Source: Camelus dromedarius
Taxonomy: Eukaryota
Assembly (NCBI RefSeq): GCF_036321535.1
Contig: NC_087436.1
Coordinates: 74,960,001-75,024,000 of the forward strand
DNA length: 64,000 nt
Reading direction: 5' to 3'
Positions within the stretch are counted from its first letter, which is position 1, and every line of letters starts with the position of its first letter. Under the pieces are notes generated by a model. It was not told where the DNA came from, ran no database searches, and saw only the letters and a list, made by a program, of their open reading frames with translations. The position numbers and the translations under genes were made by a program. Positions 37,726-51,725 of the stretch are shown here, in pieces.

Positions 37726-39295
37726 ACCACTCAACAGAGTAATATAAATGTTCAATAATGGGGCATTGTAGGTACAGTTTGCTACAACCATTTGATAAAG
37801 TATTATGTAGCCACTGAAAAGAATTGTTACACAACTATTAACATAAGGAGTATTATATTGTTAATTGAAAAAAAGCTGAAAACAAAAATATGATTAGAAA
37901 GGTATATGAGAATAAAAGGCAGGGCTTTCCCAGTAAAACTGACAGAATGGATGAAATTGTGATCCAGAATTCTCTTTAAAATGTTTTCCATAAAACTATC
38001 AACATATCAGAATATGTGTATTTATTGGGTAGGGTGGAGATGAAGGATGCGGTGGTCCTAGCTGAGCCTAAACTCATATTCGGGCTTGTTCAGTTATATG
38101 TTGACTATCTACTAAAGAAGGAGCTTCTAGGAAAGAACCCATATTAAGGCAGCAGAGGATAAAGACACTCAGTTTGTTCAAGAACAATATATCAGTCTTT
38201 GGCATGAAGGGGAATTCATGTCTGAGGACTTGAGTTTGTTCTCTGACCCAGACCCCTTGGACTTATGTCAACACTCGAGAGCTGTCTGGCACACGTCTCT
38301 GTGTGCAATGTTAGAAGCCTGAGGCCATGCTATTTTGGGAATAGGGTAGGGGTGGGAGTCAGAAGTTCGCCTGGACTCAGTGAAGGGCACTGACCCAACA
38401 CAACCTGGAGTTGGGGTGTAACAGAAGGCAGTTGATGTCGAAGGCAGTTGATGTCAAAGGCACTGCAACAACACCAGCAAGCCAACTTCCAGGGGTGGCA
38501 GAAGGGTTTACATGATAGGCTCAGCATGAGCCCAAGCGTACCTGTGGCTTAGAGATGCCCACAAACTCAGCAGCAGTGGGAGGCAGCTTTTGAGCAAGGA
38601 GCAGCACTCAGTGCAGACATCAATGTTATGATGGTCACCCTTAGTTTTGGGACAGTAGTGACCACAGAGGTCAGTGGAAGTTGTGAGAATTTATTCATGA
38701 GCTTTTGTAAGTGGTATCCTGGGAACTCTCAGAAGAAAGGGTAGGAAATTTACAGTAAGTCAGAGACGCTACAGAAGAGGGCAGGAGATCCTTCAATAAG
38801 TGGGGAGAGCTAAGCCAAGGAAACAGTTTATTACTGCAGTGACCCCCATTTTCTGACCAGATTGCACAGATTAGGTTGTGTATGTTTCCAAACGACAGAC
38901 AATTCAACAGAAGAAAAGAGAAGAGATTAACCTGAAAATGACAAATGAGAGTCAGGGAGGCAGCGTTTCCTAGAGTTTTTCCCTCCAGCACTGTCCACAG
39001 GAGAGAAGCTCTGATCTGGGAGAGAGAAGACTTTAGATAACCAGAGAAGGGTTTACTAGGTCTATATGGAACCTCCTTCTACTAAGACCCGTTTTGATAT
39101 CCCAGGTGCCCTGATACTTGAAAGATGCTGCTCGGGGGAGTAACATGAATATTTCAATCACTGTAAACTAATCCACTGGTATGGGGAGTGAATGATTAAT
39201 GAAAGTAAGAGGAAATGGTCTCCTTCATAATCATTAAAAAATAAACAGTCATTCTGGTGACCAGGTCAGTCTCCTGGTTAAAAAGAACTTGCTCT

Positions 39296-39433
39296 AATAC
39301 AGGGAATACAGTCAATAGCATTGCAATAACTTTGTATACTGTGGAATGTATAAAAATATTAAATCACTATGTTGTTCACCTGAAACTAATATAATACTGT
39401 ACTACAACTATACTTCAACAAAAATTTAAAAAG
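39296..39433 (+). mobile_element. Short L1 3' end insertion
   Basis: tcactatgttgttcacctgaaactaatataatactg; 14/16 TSD aaaaagaacttgctct (39280-39295) / aaaaagaacctgttct (39434-39449). Confidence 0.8.
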
Positions 39434-39879
39434 AAAAAGAACCTGTTCTCAAAAGACTGAATGCCCTTGGGTTGCACTGTTCAAATCATTTTTGAACCTA
39501 CAAAGCTATGATTTGTGACTCCAAAGTAATCTGCAATCTGATCACTAAACTGTTGATATCATTGGCACACTCTATAGCTGCAACAAATATTGTAAAAAAA
39601 TTTAAAAAAGAAAGAAAAGCAAAACCATCAAAATATCACCATTATCAAAATTTTATAATTGTAAATTAAACTAACACAAATATGTACACATATATATGAG
39701 AACAAAGGAAAATGTGGGGGAAAAGTGTGCTGAATTCTCTGTTCCTCCACGTTTAATCTCCACCCTTCCCCACCCTGACCGATGCCCTTGGTGGATGGCT
39801 TCCACTGACCATATCAACCCAATCTCTCATCCATGGACTTTGTAATGTCCTTCAAGGAACAGTTGATGAGGTCAATTCC

Positions 39880-41190
39880 ATCAACATTTTATCCTCTGGT
39901 TTATGCTTTCAGGCACTTGTTTTAAATGATGTTCCCTATTCCAAAAATTACAAAAATATTCTCCTATGCCTTCAACTATTAGTTCTATACTTTTATTTCA
40001 CATTTATGTCTTTAATTAATCTGAGGTTCACCTTTATATGGTGTAAGGCAGGTACCCAACTTTTTCTCTACACAGTAAGCTATTTTCCCCACATTCATTT
40101 GGAGACATTCTATTCATTTCACACATTGATTGTGAAGTTACCTCTATCACATAACAGATAAGCATATATAACATTTCTGGACTTTATTCTCTCTACTATA
40201 TTCTTTTCTCTCCACTTTTTTCGTTGTTCTCTTTGTCTTTCACGGTTTTTCTGAATATAGCTTTTACGTATTCCTATTATCTGTCATATTTTCCAGAGTT
40301 GGCTTAGCAACTTTCATGGGATCTTGACTATTCCAAATTTTAGGATAAATTTGTTAAGTTTCTCAAATAAACTTGCTAGGAGTTTAATTGGAGTTGCACT
40401 GGATTTATCAATTACCTTAGAGAGAATTAAAATCTTTATAATACTACCTTGCCCTACCCAGGAATATGGAATACCTCTCCATTTATGCCAGTATTCCTGT
40501 ATGTCATCTACATGATTTTAAATTGCTCTTTTTAAAGGTCTTTCACATTTTTGACTGGTTAACTCCTTGATTCTTTACATTTTTCTTGCTACATGTAACA
40601 GTAAATCCTCTAATCCTGTTATAAAGAGGTTAAGCTTTGGAAGTACATGTATACTTGAGAATATCTTTATTTCACTCTCAAATGATAGATTCGCTGGTTA
40701 TAAAATTGTGGTTTCAGCATTCTTTTCATTTCTTTGAAATATTTTCTTGTCTCCAATATGTTTGGTGTAATTCTTATGCTTAGTTCTTAATACGAGGTCT
40801 TTATCTCTTGAACTTTTGAGAATTTTCTTTTTATTTTTGATTTTTAAATTTTTACTGTATAATGTACCTAGGGTCTTCTGTGGACAAACATTTTCTGTCT
40901 GAGGTCTTTCACTTTTCTTTAAATCTGAGAATATTTTGGTCATTATCTCCTCAAATATTTTCTCTTCTTTGTGTATATATATATTTACTATCTTTCTAGT
41001 TCTGCAATAAAACAGGTATTTACATTACTACTATGATCCTTTAAATATTTTGTTTCATATTTTCCAACTCTGTCTCTGGTGCTTTATGGAAGAATTTTTT
41101 CATTTATTCACCCAGTTCATTCATTTGTTTTTCAAATTGCATTTATTTTGGAATTCATCTTTATTATTGTTTTCTATATCAATTATTTAT
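39880..41190 (-). mobile_element. Ancient L1 (L1ME-type) ORF2/ORF1 remnants
   Basis: tttaattggagttgcactggattta and cctctccatttat motifs; ORF 40698-40943 has an ORF1-like KKKILKSSR. Confidence 0.65.
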
Positions 41191-41687
41191 TTTTTATTTA
41201 TATTATACAAATTCAGGTTTAATAGGCTAAGTCTCTAATAAGCATCTTTCACCCCACATACTCTCAGGATATAGGAGGTGAGATCAGGGTGAAGAATGCC
41301 CAAAGGCTGACGGTCTATAGCATCTTTGCTGTTCCTTTTTCACTCCAATCAAGCTTGAATACTGCCCTGATATCACCCTATCATGTGGCTTGCACTTCCT
41401 CCCAAGACCAAGTTGGTGGGGACTAAAGGGCATGGGTTATAAGGTTTTCCCTGGCCTCTCTGCATCAAAGGCAGTAGATCCTCTTCCATTCTGGATTACC
41501 ATTATCTTCTAAACCAGAACTCAACTACCCTATAGTTTTGCCTTAAATTTTCAGCTTCATTGACTTCTACTTCTGTGGGTTCTTTGGGGTTAAAGTTGAG
41601 TGAGTTTAGTTTGCCATCTTTTTTGAAGTGGAAAGGAAAAATCCTTTTTAAGTTAAATGCAGAATAGAAGTTATCTTATAGATATCA

Positions 41688-42470
41688 TTTTTTTCTTTTT
41701 TTTTTTAATTGAAGTATAGTTGATTTACAATGTTGTGTTAGTTCCTGGTATACAGCATAGTGATTCAGTTATATATATATTCTTTTTCATTATAGGTTAT
41801 TACAAGCTATAGAATATAGTTCCTTGTGCTATACAGTAGAATCTTGTTGTATATCTGTTCTGTATATGGTTCGTATCTGCTAATACCAAACTCCCAATGT
41901 TTCAGTCCCACTCCTTTCCCCTTTGGTAACCATAAGTTTTTGTATGCCTCTGAGTCTGTTTCTGTTTTGTACATAAGTTCATTTGTGCCATTTTTTTTAG
42001 ATTCCACACATAAAGTGATATATAATATTTGTCTTTCTCTGTCTGACTTATTTCACTTAGTATGATAATATCTAGGTCCATCCATGTTGCTGCAAAAGGC
42101 ATTATTTCATTCTTTTTTATGGCTGAGTAGTATTCCATTGTTTATATCTTCTTTATCTAGTTATCTGTCAATGGACATTTAGTTTGCTTCCATGTCTTGG
42201 CTATTGTAAATAATGCTGCTATGAACATTGGGGTGCAGGTATCTTTTCAAATTGGAGTTTTCTCCAAATATATGCTCAGGAGTGGGATTGCTGGATCATA
42301 TGGAAGGTCTATGTTTAGTTTTTAAAGGAATCTCCATACTCTCCTCCATAGTGGCTGTACCAAATTACATTCCCACCAACCATGTAGGAGGTTCCCTTTT
42401 CTCCACACCATCTCCAGCATATATCAACTTTTTAATGTCAGCCATTCTGAAGGGTGAAAAATGATACTTC
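41688..42470 (-). mobile_element. L1 3' end (ORF2 end and 3' UTR)
   Basis: Poly-T, aattgaagtatagttgatttacaatg; ORF 41902-42138 MEYYSAIKKNEIMPFAATWMDL. Confidence 0.95.
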
Positions 42471-43234
42471 ATGTAGTTCATTGTAGAAGTTGTTTTATAG
42501 GTATCATTTTGTAGACATTCCTTGGGAATTAGCTGATTAGTAGACATAAGCCAATCCAAAAAGAGACCTGTTAGCATAAATATACCTGCAGGGATATTCA
42601 ACACAATTAGGTGTGTTGTTTTTGGTAGGTACAAGGAACTCATCACTAAAAACGCTCTACTATAAAACCTCATAAGAAAAACCTTGAGAGTAAAAGTGAG
42701 AAGAGGAATGTCAAGAGGCTCCCCTTATATCTCATGGAGAACAATTGAAACACAGGACTGGAGTGTCCATGTTCTACAGCTGCCCCACTGTGGAATAATA
42801 TAATGAGGAGGTGGGGGCTGAAGTCTTGGCAGTCACTAACAGCTGGAAGGTGGGTCAAAAAAGAGTAGGAGTGAAGAAGGAAGGAGACAGAGTTGAGCAG
42901 CAAGATGGTGGGAAAAACATCTACACAAATACAGTAGGAGAGACATTTTAATGGCTAGATGAATGTAGACATTTAGGGAATGAAAAGAATATTTAGAGAA
43001 AGTCATTGGGAAGACTTCTGCATGGTATGCTGTATAAACTCCCACAGTAAAGGTCTATATTGTTCCTCAAGGCCCCTGGAGTCATATATGTGTTTTCATT
43101 TCCTGTGACTTTACACAGAGGCTAGACTACTAAAGCCTTGGCTTTTATTAAGAATATTGGTAAATAAATCCCTTGTCCAGGTGCAAATGAGCTTCACTTT
43201 GTCATCTTGAGTATCTCATGTGTATCCTTTAATA

Positions 43235-43485
43235 CAGTACTTGCCAAAGTGGGTTCAGCAATTAGAGAATTCAATAGTCAAAAAAGTTTGGGGTGTGTAG
43301 GTTATAGAGTTGTAACATGAGTTCTTTGCCTGCAGGAGTTCTCAGAGCCTTTGTTATGCCTGTGTTACTATAATTCTCCAAGAAGGAGACATGGTATACC
43401 CCATTTCTCCAATTTGACCACCAAATCCTTTTTCTCAAAGTATCTTAAGATACTACCGTTTCATGGACCAAGCTCTAGGAAATAA
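43235..43485. mobile_element. Old hAT-Charlie-type MITE
   Basis: Starts cagtacttgccaaagtg; internal ctgcaggagttctcagagcctt; ends ctaggaaataa. Confidence 0.45.
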
Positions 43486-45172
43486 TCGAAGGATTGCCTA
43501 CCTTTGTTTGAGCTATAATGTGGACTTAGCAGATGTGGTCAAGGGCAACTTTTTTGCGGTTGTTATGAAACAGTGTTTTGCATAGTGCATTCTTCACAGT
43601 ATTACAATCTAGCAATTGCTTTAACCATGAAAGTATTATCTGATATTTCTGTCAATATGCATGATCATATTCAATTAAGTAATTTATTTCAAAGCCATTT
43701 ATATTGTTCTCTTTTTGTGGTACCTCATGTAGTTGGTCTTGTTTTCCTAAGAGCATGTAAGCTCCATAAAGATAAGAATCATGCCTATACCTTTACTGAA
43801 TCCCATGCATAGCACTGGTACAGTGCTAGATGAAAGATCAATATTCAATAAGCCCACTTTGATGGGAAAAAATAAAATTTAAAAATGCAGCAGAAGCAAA
43901 CTTTTATAAACTTCCTTTGTATTTGATAACATATCATATAAATACTTTTGTGCTTTAATAATCACTCCCCACTCGTTTTTTCTCTTTGTTCCTTTTCAGC
44001 ACTAAATACACCCTGGAAGAAAAATGGGGCAATAAAACTGAGCAAAGCAGTCCTGAAAAGGTTTTTTCTATTTGTTCCAATATTAAGAATGAATCTTTGG
44101 CTAGCAACTTCAAACTATTCCGTCATCTTTTTGCTTGATTCCCACCCAGTTTATCCATTAATGGTCCAACATTTTTTCTCCTACTTTTTCATGGCTGTAT
44201 TTTCCTTTAAATGTAAAATTTAGTAACTTTTAGAACATTTTCTTTGCTTTGCTAGTCAGGAAGAATTTCCCTACCATCTCATTCTGAAAGCACTTGGCAG
44301 GTAAACTCCTGTTATCATATCATTGTATATGAAGGTCCTTAGCTTATTCTAATGGTGTTTTGCCAAGTAAACAATTTACTGTCTATTATTTCCACTGGAA
44401 AGTCCCCTTTTCAAATTGAAGAATTTCACAATAAAAACCACTGGTCAAAGAAACCCCAAGTTCTTCTTAGCATTGGTATTTGGGGTTTCAACTTAATGGG
44501 ATTGTTATTCATATAACCAGGTTGATGACACCAATGGCTCAAATTTACAATGGAAATTTAGGACCAAGTAGTTCTGTCAATAGCTCCATTGTTCCCACTT
44601 CCCTTGTCTGCCTGCTCCCTCCCCCATCTCCTTCATCCCTAGAATCACTGGCCCTCTGCAGAGACCTCTCCAGATCCTGCCCTTGCTATCCCCTCAGCCC
44701 TATCCCCACCCCTGACCTTGTCTCTTATCCTTGCTTCTTCCCATTAATGACCCTTGATGGCTCCTTCATTGTTCCCTTTCAAACTCCATTAACTCGTCAC
44801 ATACTTCCTCTTTTTTCTCAAGTCTCTCAGTTTCTCCCACCTCAATCTAAAACCAAGCCAAGAGTTGTGGCTGATATACTCCTCACTGAAGCTTCCAGAC
44901 CACAGCACCAAAGTATTTTATCTATAACCCCACTTACTCTGCTCATACAGGATTCTCCCAGCATCCCTATGGCTGTCTTCCCTCAGCCTCCAGGGCCATA
45001 CTTTAGCTTCACTGATGTCAAGCTCACTGTTTTCATTCCTGCTGCTCTCCCCACCATGCTGTATATGGAGTACAATGTCAAATTTGACTGTCCAGCCTAC
45101 ATCCTGGCCTCCCAGCTTCAGACTTTTCCTCTTCTCTGACTTTCTAATCCATTCCACCTTGGTGCCTCCTTA

Positions 45173-45195
45173 ACACACACACACACACACACACA
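45173..45195. repeat. (CA)n microsatellite
   Basis: About 11 CA units, seen directly. Confidence 0.95.
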
Positions 45196-45854
45196 TCCAG
45201 TCATGTCTTAGACGTTTATATCAGGTGCTAAGTAGGTCAAAGAGCTTGTAACTGGCCTATCAAACAAGCTGGACTCAGTAAGGGTGACATTATAAACTAC
45301 ATTAATGTTTATTTTCACATAACTGCCTTTGACTCAATTGAGCTTCTTCTGTCTTTCCCATCCTAAATGAAATTTCAGGTAGGTCCAATGTTTCTTCTGA
45401 TTACTCTATGCCCATGATAAATGGGCTCCATCTTTGACTTAGTAAAAAAGTTCAATTAAATCTGAATCAAAACTTCACTCTCAGTCCATTCAGGTGTTTC
45501 ACTTCCCCTTTATCAAGTTACTCTCCCTACTCCTCCCTGATCACTGATTAATTAGCCACTCATTCTGACCCCCTAGAGAAAATGAAGGAGGTGGAAGGGA
45601 AAGATTTAAGGAAAAGGAGATATCTCTTGACACTGATGCTACCGATGCACTGTTGCATGCCCCATTTCTGGCTCTTTTTCTCTTTAGTGTTTTATGAATT
45701 TTTAGGAGACTTATTTATATTCCTTTAGCAAGGCTGATGCCGCCCCCTGATTGTCACACATGACATAGCTCTGCCCCTGACTTCTGGTGATATCTGGTAG
45801 TCTGGCCTTCTCACTCTTCCCAGCAGGCCTGTATAGTGGAGATTCATTAAGACA

Positions 45855-46740
45855 ACTCAAAAACAGTGACCCGTAACTCAACAATAAAAAGACAAATGAT
45901 CCAATTTTTAAAGTGGACAAAAGGATCTGAATAAATTTCTTTAAAGAAAATATACAAATGGCTCGTGAACACATAAAAAGATGCTCAAAATCAATATCAT
46001 TAGTGTAATGAAAATCAAAATCACAATCGTATGTCACTTTATACTAAGGATAAAGCCACTAGGATGGCTATAATTTAAAAAAATGGTAGACAATAACAAG
46101 TGTTGACAAAGATGTAGAGAAGTTGAAACTCTCATACACTGCATTCTCATTGTTGGTAGAAATGTATATTGGTACAGCAGAACAGTCTGGGAGTTCCTCA
46201 AAAAGTTGAACAGAGTTAGATATAACTCAGCAATTTCACTCCCAGGTGTATACTCAAGAGAATTGAAAACAGAAAAACTTGTAACACAAATGTTCCTAGC
46301 AGTATTATTTACAGTGTCAGAAAAGCAGAAATAACTCAAATGTCCCTCAACTGATGAATGGATTAAAAATGGTACATCTATACAATGGAATATTTTTCAG
46401 TCATAAAAAGTAATGAAGTACTGATTCATGCTATGACATAGATGAAATTTGAAAACATTATGCTAAGTAAAAGAAGCCAGACCAAAAACAAAGTATATTG
46501 TGTAATCCCATTTATTACCCAAATAGGCAAATCTACAGAGGCTGAAAGTAGATTAGAGGTTGACTGGGGCTTGGGTGTAGGAGGACTGGGGGGTGACTGC
46601 TAATGGTTACAGGGTCTCTTTTAGGTGAAATGAAAAGATTCCACAATTAGAAAATGGTGATGGTTCCATGACTCTCTGAATATACTAAAATCCACTGGGT
46701 TATACACTTTAAAAGGGTGATTGTGATGATAAAATAAAGC
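45855..46740 (+). mobile_element. L1 (L1MB-like) 3' region
   Basis: aactcaacaataaaaagacaaat...caaatgtccctcaactgatgaatgg...ttatacactttaaaagggtga. Confidence 0.9.
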
Positions 46741-47197
46741 TTTGAAGAAGAAGGAAGGGATGTGGAAGGAGAGGAAGAAGAGAAGGAGAACAGTTACTAT
46801 ATCAGGTCCATGTCACTGCCACTGTGGTCCTTTCTCCTTACTCTAACCATTCACCCTCTAACAAAGCTTCCTCTTCTAGACATTTTTTTTTTCAAGAACG
46901 ACTCATCCAAAGTGTCATCCAAATTTCGGGAAGCATATGTTAAGCTCTCAATGTGATTCCTTTGAAGTCTCCATCTCTTGGCTTCAGTTTGGGAATGGGG
47001 ATGAGGAAAGCACCTGTCTGCTTTGCCCCATGGAGAACGTAGCACGCTAATTCTCCAAAGAAATCCTTACTGAGTCTGAGCAGTTGTGGATTCTTAGCTT
47101 CCTCGTAAAAAGCTGTTAATGGGCTAGTGGTGGGAGAGTCAGTTTAGAATCACCTTCTTTGTATGTCCTTCATAGATGGTGTAGTACATGGCTAATT

Positions 47198-47419
47198 CAG
47201 GGGTCAGCAAACTTCATGTCAAGAGGCAGATAGTAAAGATTTTAGGCTTTGCAATCTGTACAGTTTCTGTTGCAACTCCTCAACTCAGCCATTGTAGTAT
47301 GAAAGCCAGTCACAAACAAAATGTAAACGAATGCCCATGGCTGTGTTCCTACAAAACCTTCATTATAAAAACATGTGGAGGCCAGATTTGATCCATGGGC
47401 CTTAGTTTGCTGACCCTTG
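47198..47419. mobile_element. MER58A-like hAT-Charlie MITE, full length
   Basis: Terminal inverted repeats caggggtcagcaaact / agtttgctgacccttg; 222 bp. Confidence 0.9.
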
Positions 47420-47779
47420 TTCTAGAGTCACTTGGAGGAGTTTAGATAGTGAAAGAGGGTCCTTGGCACCTTTTGTTTCCAATGAAACAAGAGCCCATTT
47501 GAAATTTTTTTTTAAAATCCCTTTCAAATCTATGGTTTCAATCTATAGTCCTTGATAAACTTCTGGTATAGAGAGAAGATCTTGTTTGTGGCCTAGATTT
47601 TGAATCTGAGACCTCTTTGTGTAGATCTCTTTGGATCTCTTTATGTAGAAAAGAGAAAGAGAGAACTTGTGTATGAACACTTGTGCATTCATGCTTACCT
47701 ATGTGTGACATGGTACAGAAAGTCATACCAGAATAAAATCAAATTAAAACTGGAATTTTGCAGGAATTTGAGCTGCTCT

Positions 47780-49125
47780 CAAAAGTAGGTGCATCTGACT
47801 TTCTTCCCAAGAATACAGTATGGAAAAGGGAAGAGTAACTTTAGAATAAACAAACCTGATAAACACTATCATCAGGCAGACAGCCCAGTCAACATCAACA
47901 GTGATAAGCCATGTTGATGGTGTGGACCCTTGAACAGCCCTTTATGTCTGTGGCCTTCCTCCCAAAAACACATAACTCCAGTCTAGCTGTGATAAAAAGG
48001 AAGAACCCCAAATGAGGGACATTCTACAAAATACAGGATGAAAACTCCTCTAAATTGTCAAGGTCATCAAAAACAAGGAGAGTTTAAGAAACTGTCACAG
48101 CCAATGTGTAGAAAAGGGAACCCTCCTAAATTGCTGTTGGGAATGCAGTTTGGTGCAGCCACTGTGGAAAACAGTATGGAGATTCCTCAAAAGACTAGGA
48201 ATAGTAATCCCGCTCCTGGGCATATATCCAGAAAAAACCCTACTTCAAAAAGACACCTGCACCCCAATGTTCATAGCAGCACTATTTACAATAGCCAAGA
48301 CATGGAAACAGCCTAAATGTCCATCAACAGATGACTGGATAAAGAAGAGGTGGTATATTTATACAATGGAATACTATTCAGCCATAAAAACCGACAACAT
48401 AACTCCATTTGCAGCAACGTGGATGTTCCTGGAGAATGTCATTCTAAGTGAAGTAAGCCAGAAAGAGAAAGAAAAATACCATATGAGATCACTCATATGT
48501 GGAATCTAAAAACAAAAAACAAAACAAACAAAAAACAAATACAAAACAGAAACAGACTCATAGACATAGAATATAAACTTGTGGTTGCCAAGGCAGAGGG
48601 GGCTGGGAAGGGACAGACTGGGAGTTCGAAATTTGTAGATACTGACAGGCATATATAGAATAGATAAACAACATTATACTATATAGCACAGGGAAATATA
48701 TACAAGATCTTGTGGTAGCTCACAGTGAAAAAAAAATGTGACAATGAATATACGTATGTTCATATATAATTGAAAAATTGTGCTCTGCACTGGAATTTGA
48801 CACAACATTGTAAAATGACTATAACTCAATAAACAATGTTTAAAAAAAAAAAAAGAAACTGTCACAGCCAAGAGGAGCTTAAGTAGATATGACAACTACA
48901 TATAACATGGTATCTTGAATGAGATCCTGGAACAGAAAAAGGATATTAGGTAGAAAACTAAGGAAATCTGAATAAATTATGGGTTTAAGCTAATGATAAT
49001 GCATCAATAGTGATGCAAAATGTACCATACTCATACAAGATGTTAGCAATAAGGAAACCGGGAGCAGACTATATAGGAACTCTCTGTACCTACACTGTTC
49101 TAAAATTAAAAGCTTATTAAAAATA
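47780..49125 (+). mobile_element. Old L1 (L1MC-like) 3' UTR, split by a young L1
   Basis: caaatgagggacattctacaaaata; gtcaaggtcatcaaaaacaagg; resumes at 48853 with gatcctggaacagaaaaagg. Confidence 0.8.
48105..48852 (+). mobile_element. Young 5'-truncated L1 insertion
   Basis: Perfect 19-bp TSD aagaaactgtcacagccaa (48086-48104 and 48853-48871) at a TT/AAGA endonuclease site; ORF 48150-48509 is the ORF2p C-terminus; AATAAA and poly-A. Confidence 0.96.
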
Positions 49126-51169
49126 AAAATGAGAAATGTTGCTTATTATTCCAGTATAGAACCCTGGTAGATTATGGAAGAAAATGAATGTAAATGACTT
49201 GTTATGCACCTTGCTATATTACTGTCCTTGAGTCCATGCCACAGAACTACCTTATAAATATGATCATTGTAGGAAAAGCTTCAGTTAGTGCTTTAGTAAT
49301 CAAAAGCCCCAAACAGTATCCCTCAGCCAAGAAAAAGTGAGTGGATCCCTGAATCACACAGAACTTAAACAGATAATAGCTTCATCCTGGCCCACTGTAT
49401 GCTGCTGGCTGAAACCTGTTGTTATTCATGCCATTAATAATTGGATTTTCTTGGAAAAAAGATTTCTAAATGCAATAAAAATACCAGAAAGTTAAACTCC
49501 AAGTAGTAACTCTTATTAACTCAATCTACCAAGTGAACCAATTTGGAAAGAAGCTCGTAGACACATCAATAAAGTATTTGTTTAGTTTTCTAGCCACATT
49601 CTTCTGTTTAGTTTTTCTTAGTTTAGGTAATAAGTTAAAGTTATAGATCGGCTAATATTAGTTTCCAATTAAAAAGCAGACTCTCCGTAAATTTACTCTG
49701 ATTTTAGAAGACAAAAAGCTAAATTTTTCAAAAGATGCTGAAAATTGAATAATATGGTATAATGCTTTCATGGATGATTACCTTCAGAGAGAGTTCAATT
49801 ATCATTAGGAGTGTGTACAATTTTTTAGTTAGAACACAAAAATGTGGTAATGAGAAAAACAGATTATTCATGCTACTCATTCAACAAATATTTGAACCAA
49901 TGTTTGCTATGTCCCAGGTCCTATGCTAAGCATAGGAACGTAATGGGGGCCAAAAACAGATGCAAGCTCTGTCCTGTTGGTGAGGATGACATTAACCAAG
50001 CATTGTATGTCAGGCTGTGTGACTCATTTGACTGAGCAGTCTCAAAAACTTGGGTATAAACATAGAACTGTTTCATTTTTCTAGTAAATGTTTTCTATTC
50101 TGCTCTGTTAATCCTCCTTTTTACTGGGTAGCAGGACCCCTAATATCATCTCAGTTTTGCTCTACAATTTGCTGTCCCTTTCAGTTGTTAAAACAGAATG
50201 TCTTTGGTTATTAGGACTCAGTTCTGTTTATTTTTAATTTTAATCACTTGTTGATAGAGGCTCCCATTTCCAATCTTGCAACCTGACTGACAGCTTAGGC
50301 AGGTATGAATGGAGTGTGATTGGCTCTTTCACACCACACCCCTCCTTCCTTGAAGATTCCCTCCTTCTGAGCCTAACCCCAGAGGGATGAGAAGAAAAGA
50401 CATCTGGTAATGGGACTGACCAGGCAATGCTGATATTCCCTTTCTCTTGGTCATCTCCACGGATCGAGCTTGCTGCACGTAGACATGGTGTGGATAACCA
50501 GTGCTTCACTGATGAGGAATTTAATCCCAAGTAACTCGCCTAGGTTTAGTGGTCCCTTGGGAGATTCAGTCGTATCTTCCAGCTGATGGCCTCATACTAT
50601 ATTCCTTTGATATTCCTGCCCCTTTGCCCCACACTGGAACAGCAAGCCTGCCACTCCAACTTTGCTCCCTAGTCCCAATTCTGGAGTGTATGGGAATGGG
50701 CAAGATTTATTTTCTGTACCTATCTGGAAACACAAATTTCCTACCTGGCCTGACATTACTATACACTGTGTCTTCTCAGACCTCTTTTTTGATCTTTCCC
50801 CTTTCAAGCAGAAACAGCTCAACAAGTCTAGTGGTAGAGAGTACATTCAACCAGGAAAGGAAATTTCAGTCTCCAGATGCCCTCCTAATTACCAGCAATT
50901 CTCTTGCCCACCACTCCCCACTTCCTGAGCTTCAAGGGGAACTAATCAAGCTTATGCCTTCCCCACAGAGAAGTGAGAGGATGGAAATACTCCACACTTC
51001 TGCTTTCAATGGTCACTTGGTGTGTTAGCTACTTATGCAGTGATCCATGCCCCAGTCTGTGAGATGCCTGAAGCTACTGGGCCTCCAGACAGGAAATCTG
51101 GAAAATTACAGATGATATATATGTGAAATGTGTGCAGGAAATAGAGCCTGAGCAATCCAGATGCAAAGC

Positions 51170-51725
51170 ATCTGTTTTGTAGTATCTGTTAGAGCCTAAC
51201 ATATGCTTACATTATGACACAGCAATTCTACTTCTAGGTATATACCCAACAAAAATGAGAACATAAGCACCCCAAAAGGCACAACAGTGTTCACTATGGC
51301 ATTTTCCATAATAGCCAAAACTGAAAAGAAATAGTAGAAATTTAGAATGGCTGAATAAATTATGGCATTCACATAAAAGAATACTTTGAAGTAAAGAAAG
51401 GAGAAAAACTCCTGCTATATGCAATATAAATGAATTTCACAAATTACATACTGAAGGAAAGGAGCCAGAATTTTAAAAGAACATAATGTATGATACCATT
51501 TATATGAAGTTCAAAAGAAGGCAACGCTAAATGATGGTGCTAGGTGTCAAATAACAATTGCGCTTGGGAAGGAAGGGTGTATTATAGTGGGAGAATGGGT
51601 GCTTCTAATGTCCTATTTCTTGATCCAAAGTGTTCACTGAGCTCTGCACTTATAATCTGCATACTTTTTTATGAATTACATGAATAACACTTCAACAAGA
51701 TGATTACTTTTTTTAAAAAAAAAAA
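51170..51725 (+). mobile_element. Old L1 3' region
   Basis: cagcaattctacttctaggtatatacccaac; tgataccatttatatgaagttcaaaa. Confidence 0.8.

Noticed and set aside
44480..45139. Longest ORF in the track (219 aa, Pro/Ser/Leu-rich)
   Set aside because: Starts at TTG, has no recognisable domain, and lies in pyrimidine-rich, probably L2-derived DNA where stop codons are scarce.
50549..51028. 159-aa ORF and overlapping ORFs in an unassigned block
   Set aside because: GTG start, no homology I can recognise and no exon structure; probably a chance ORF in old repeat or unique DNA.
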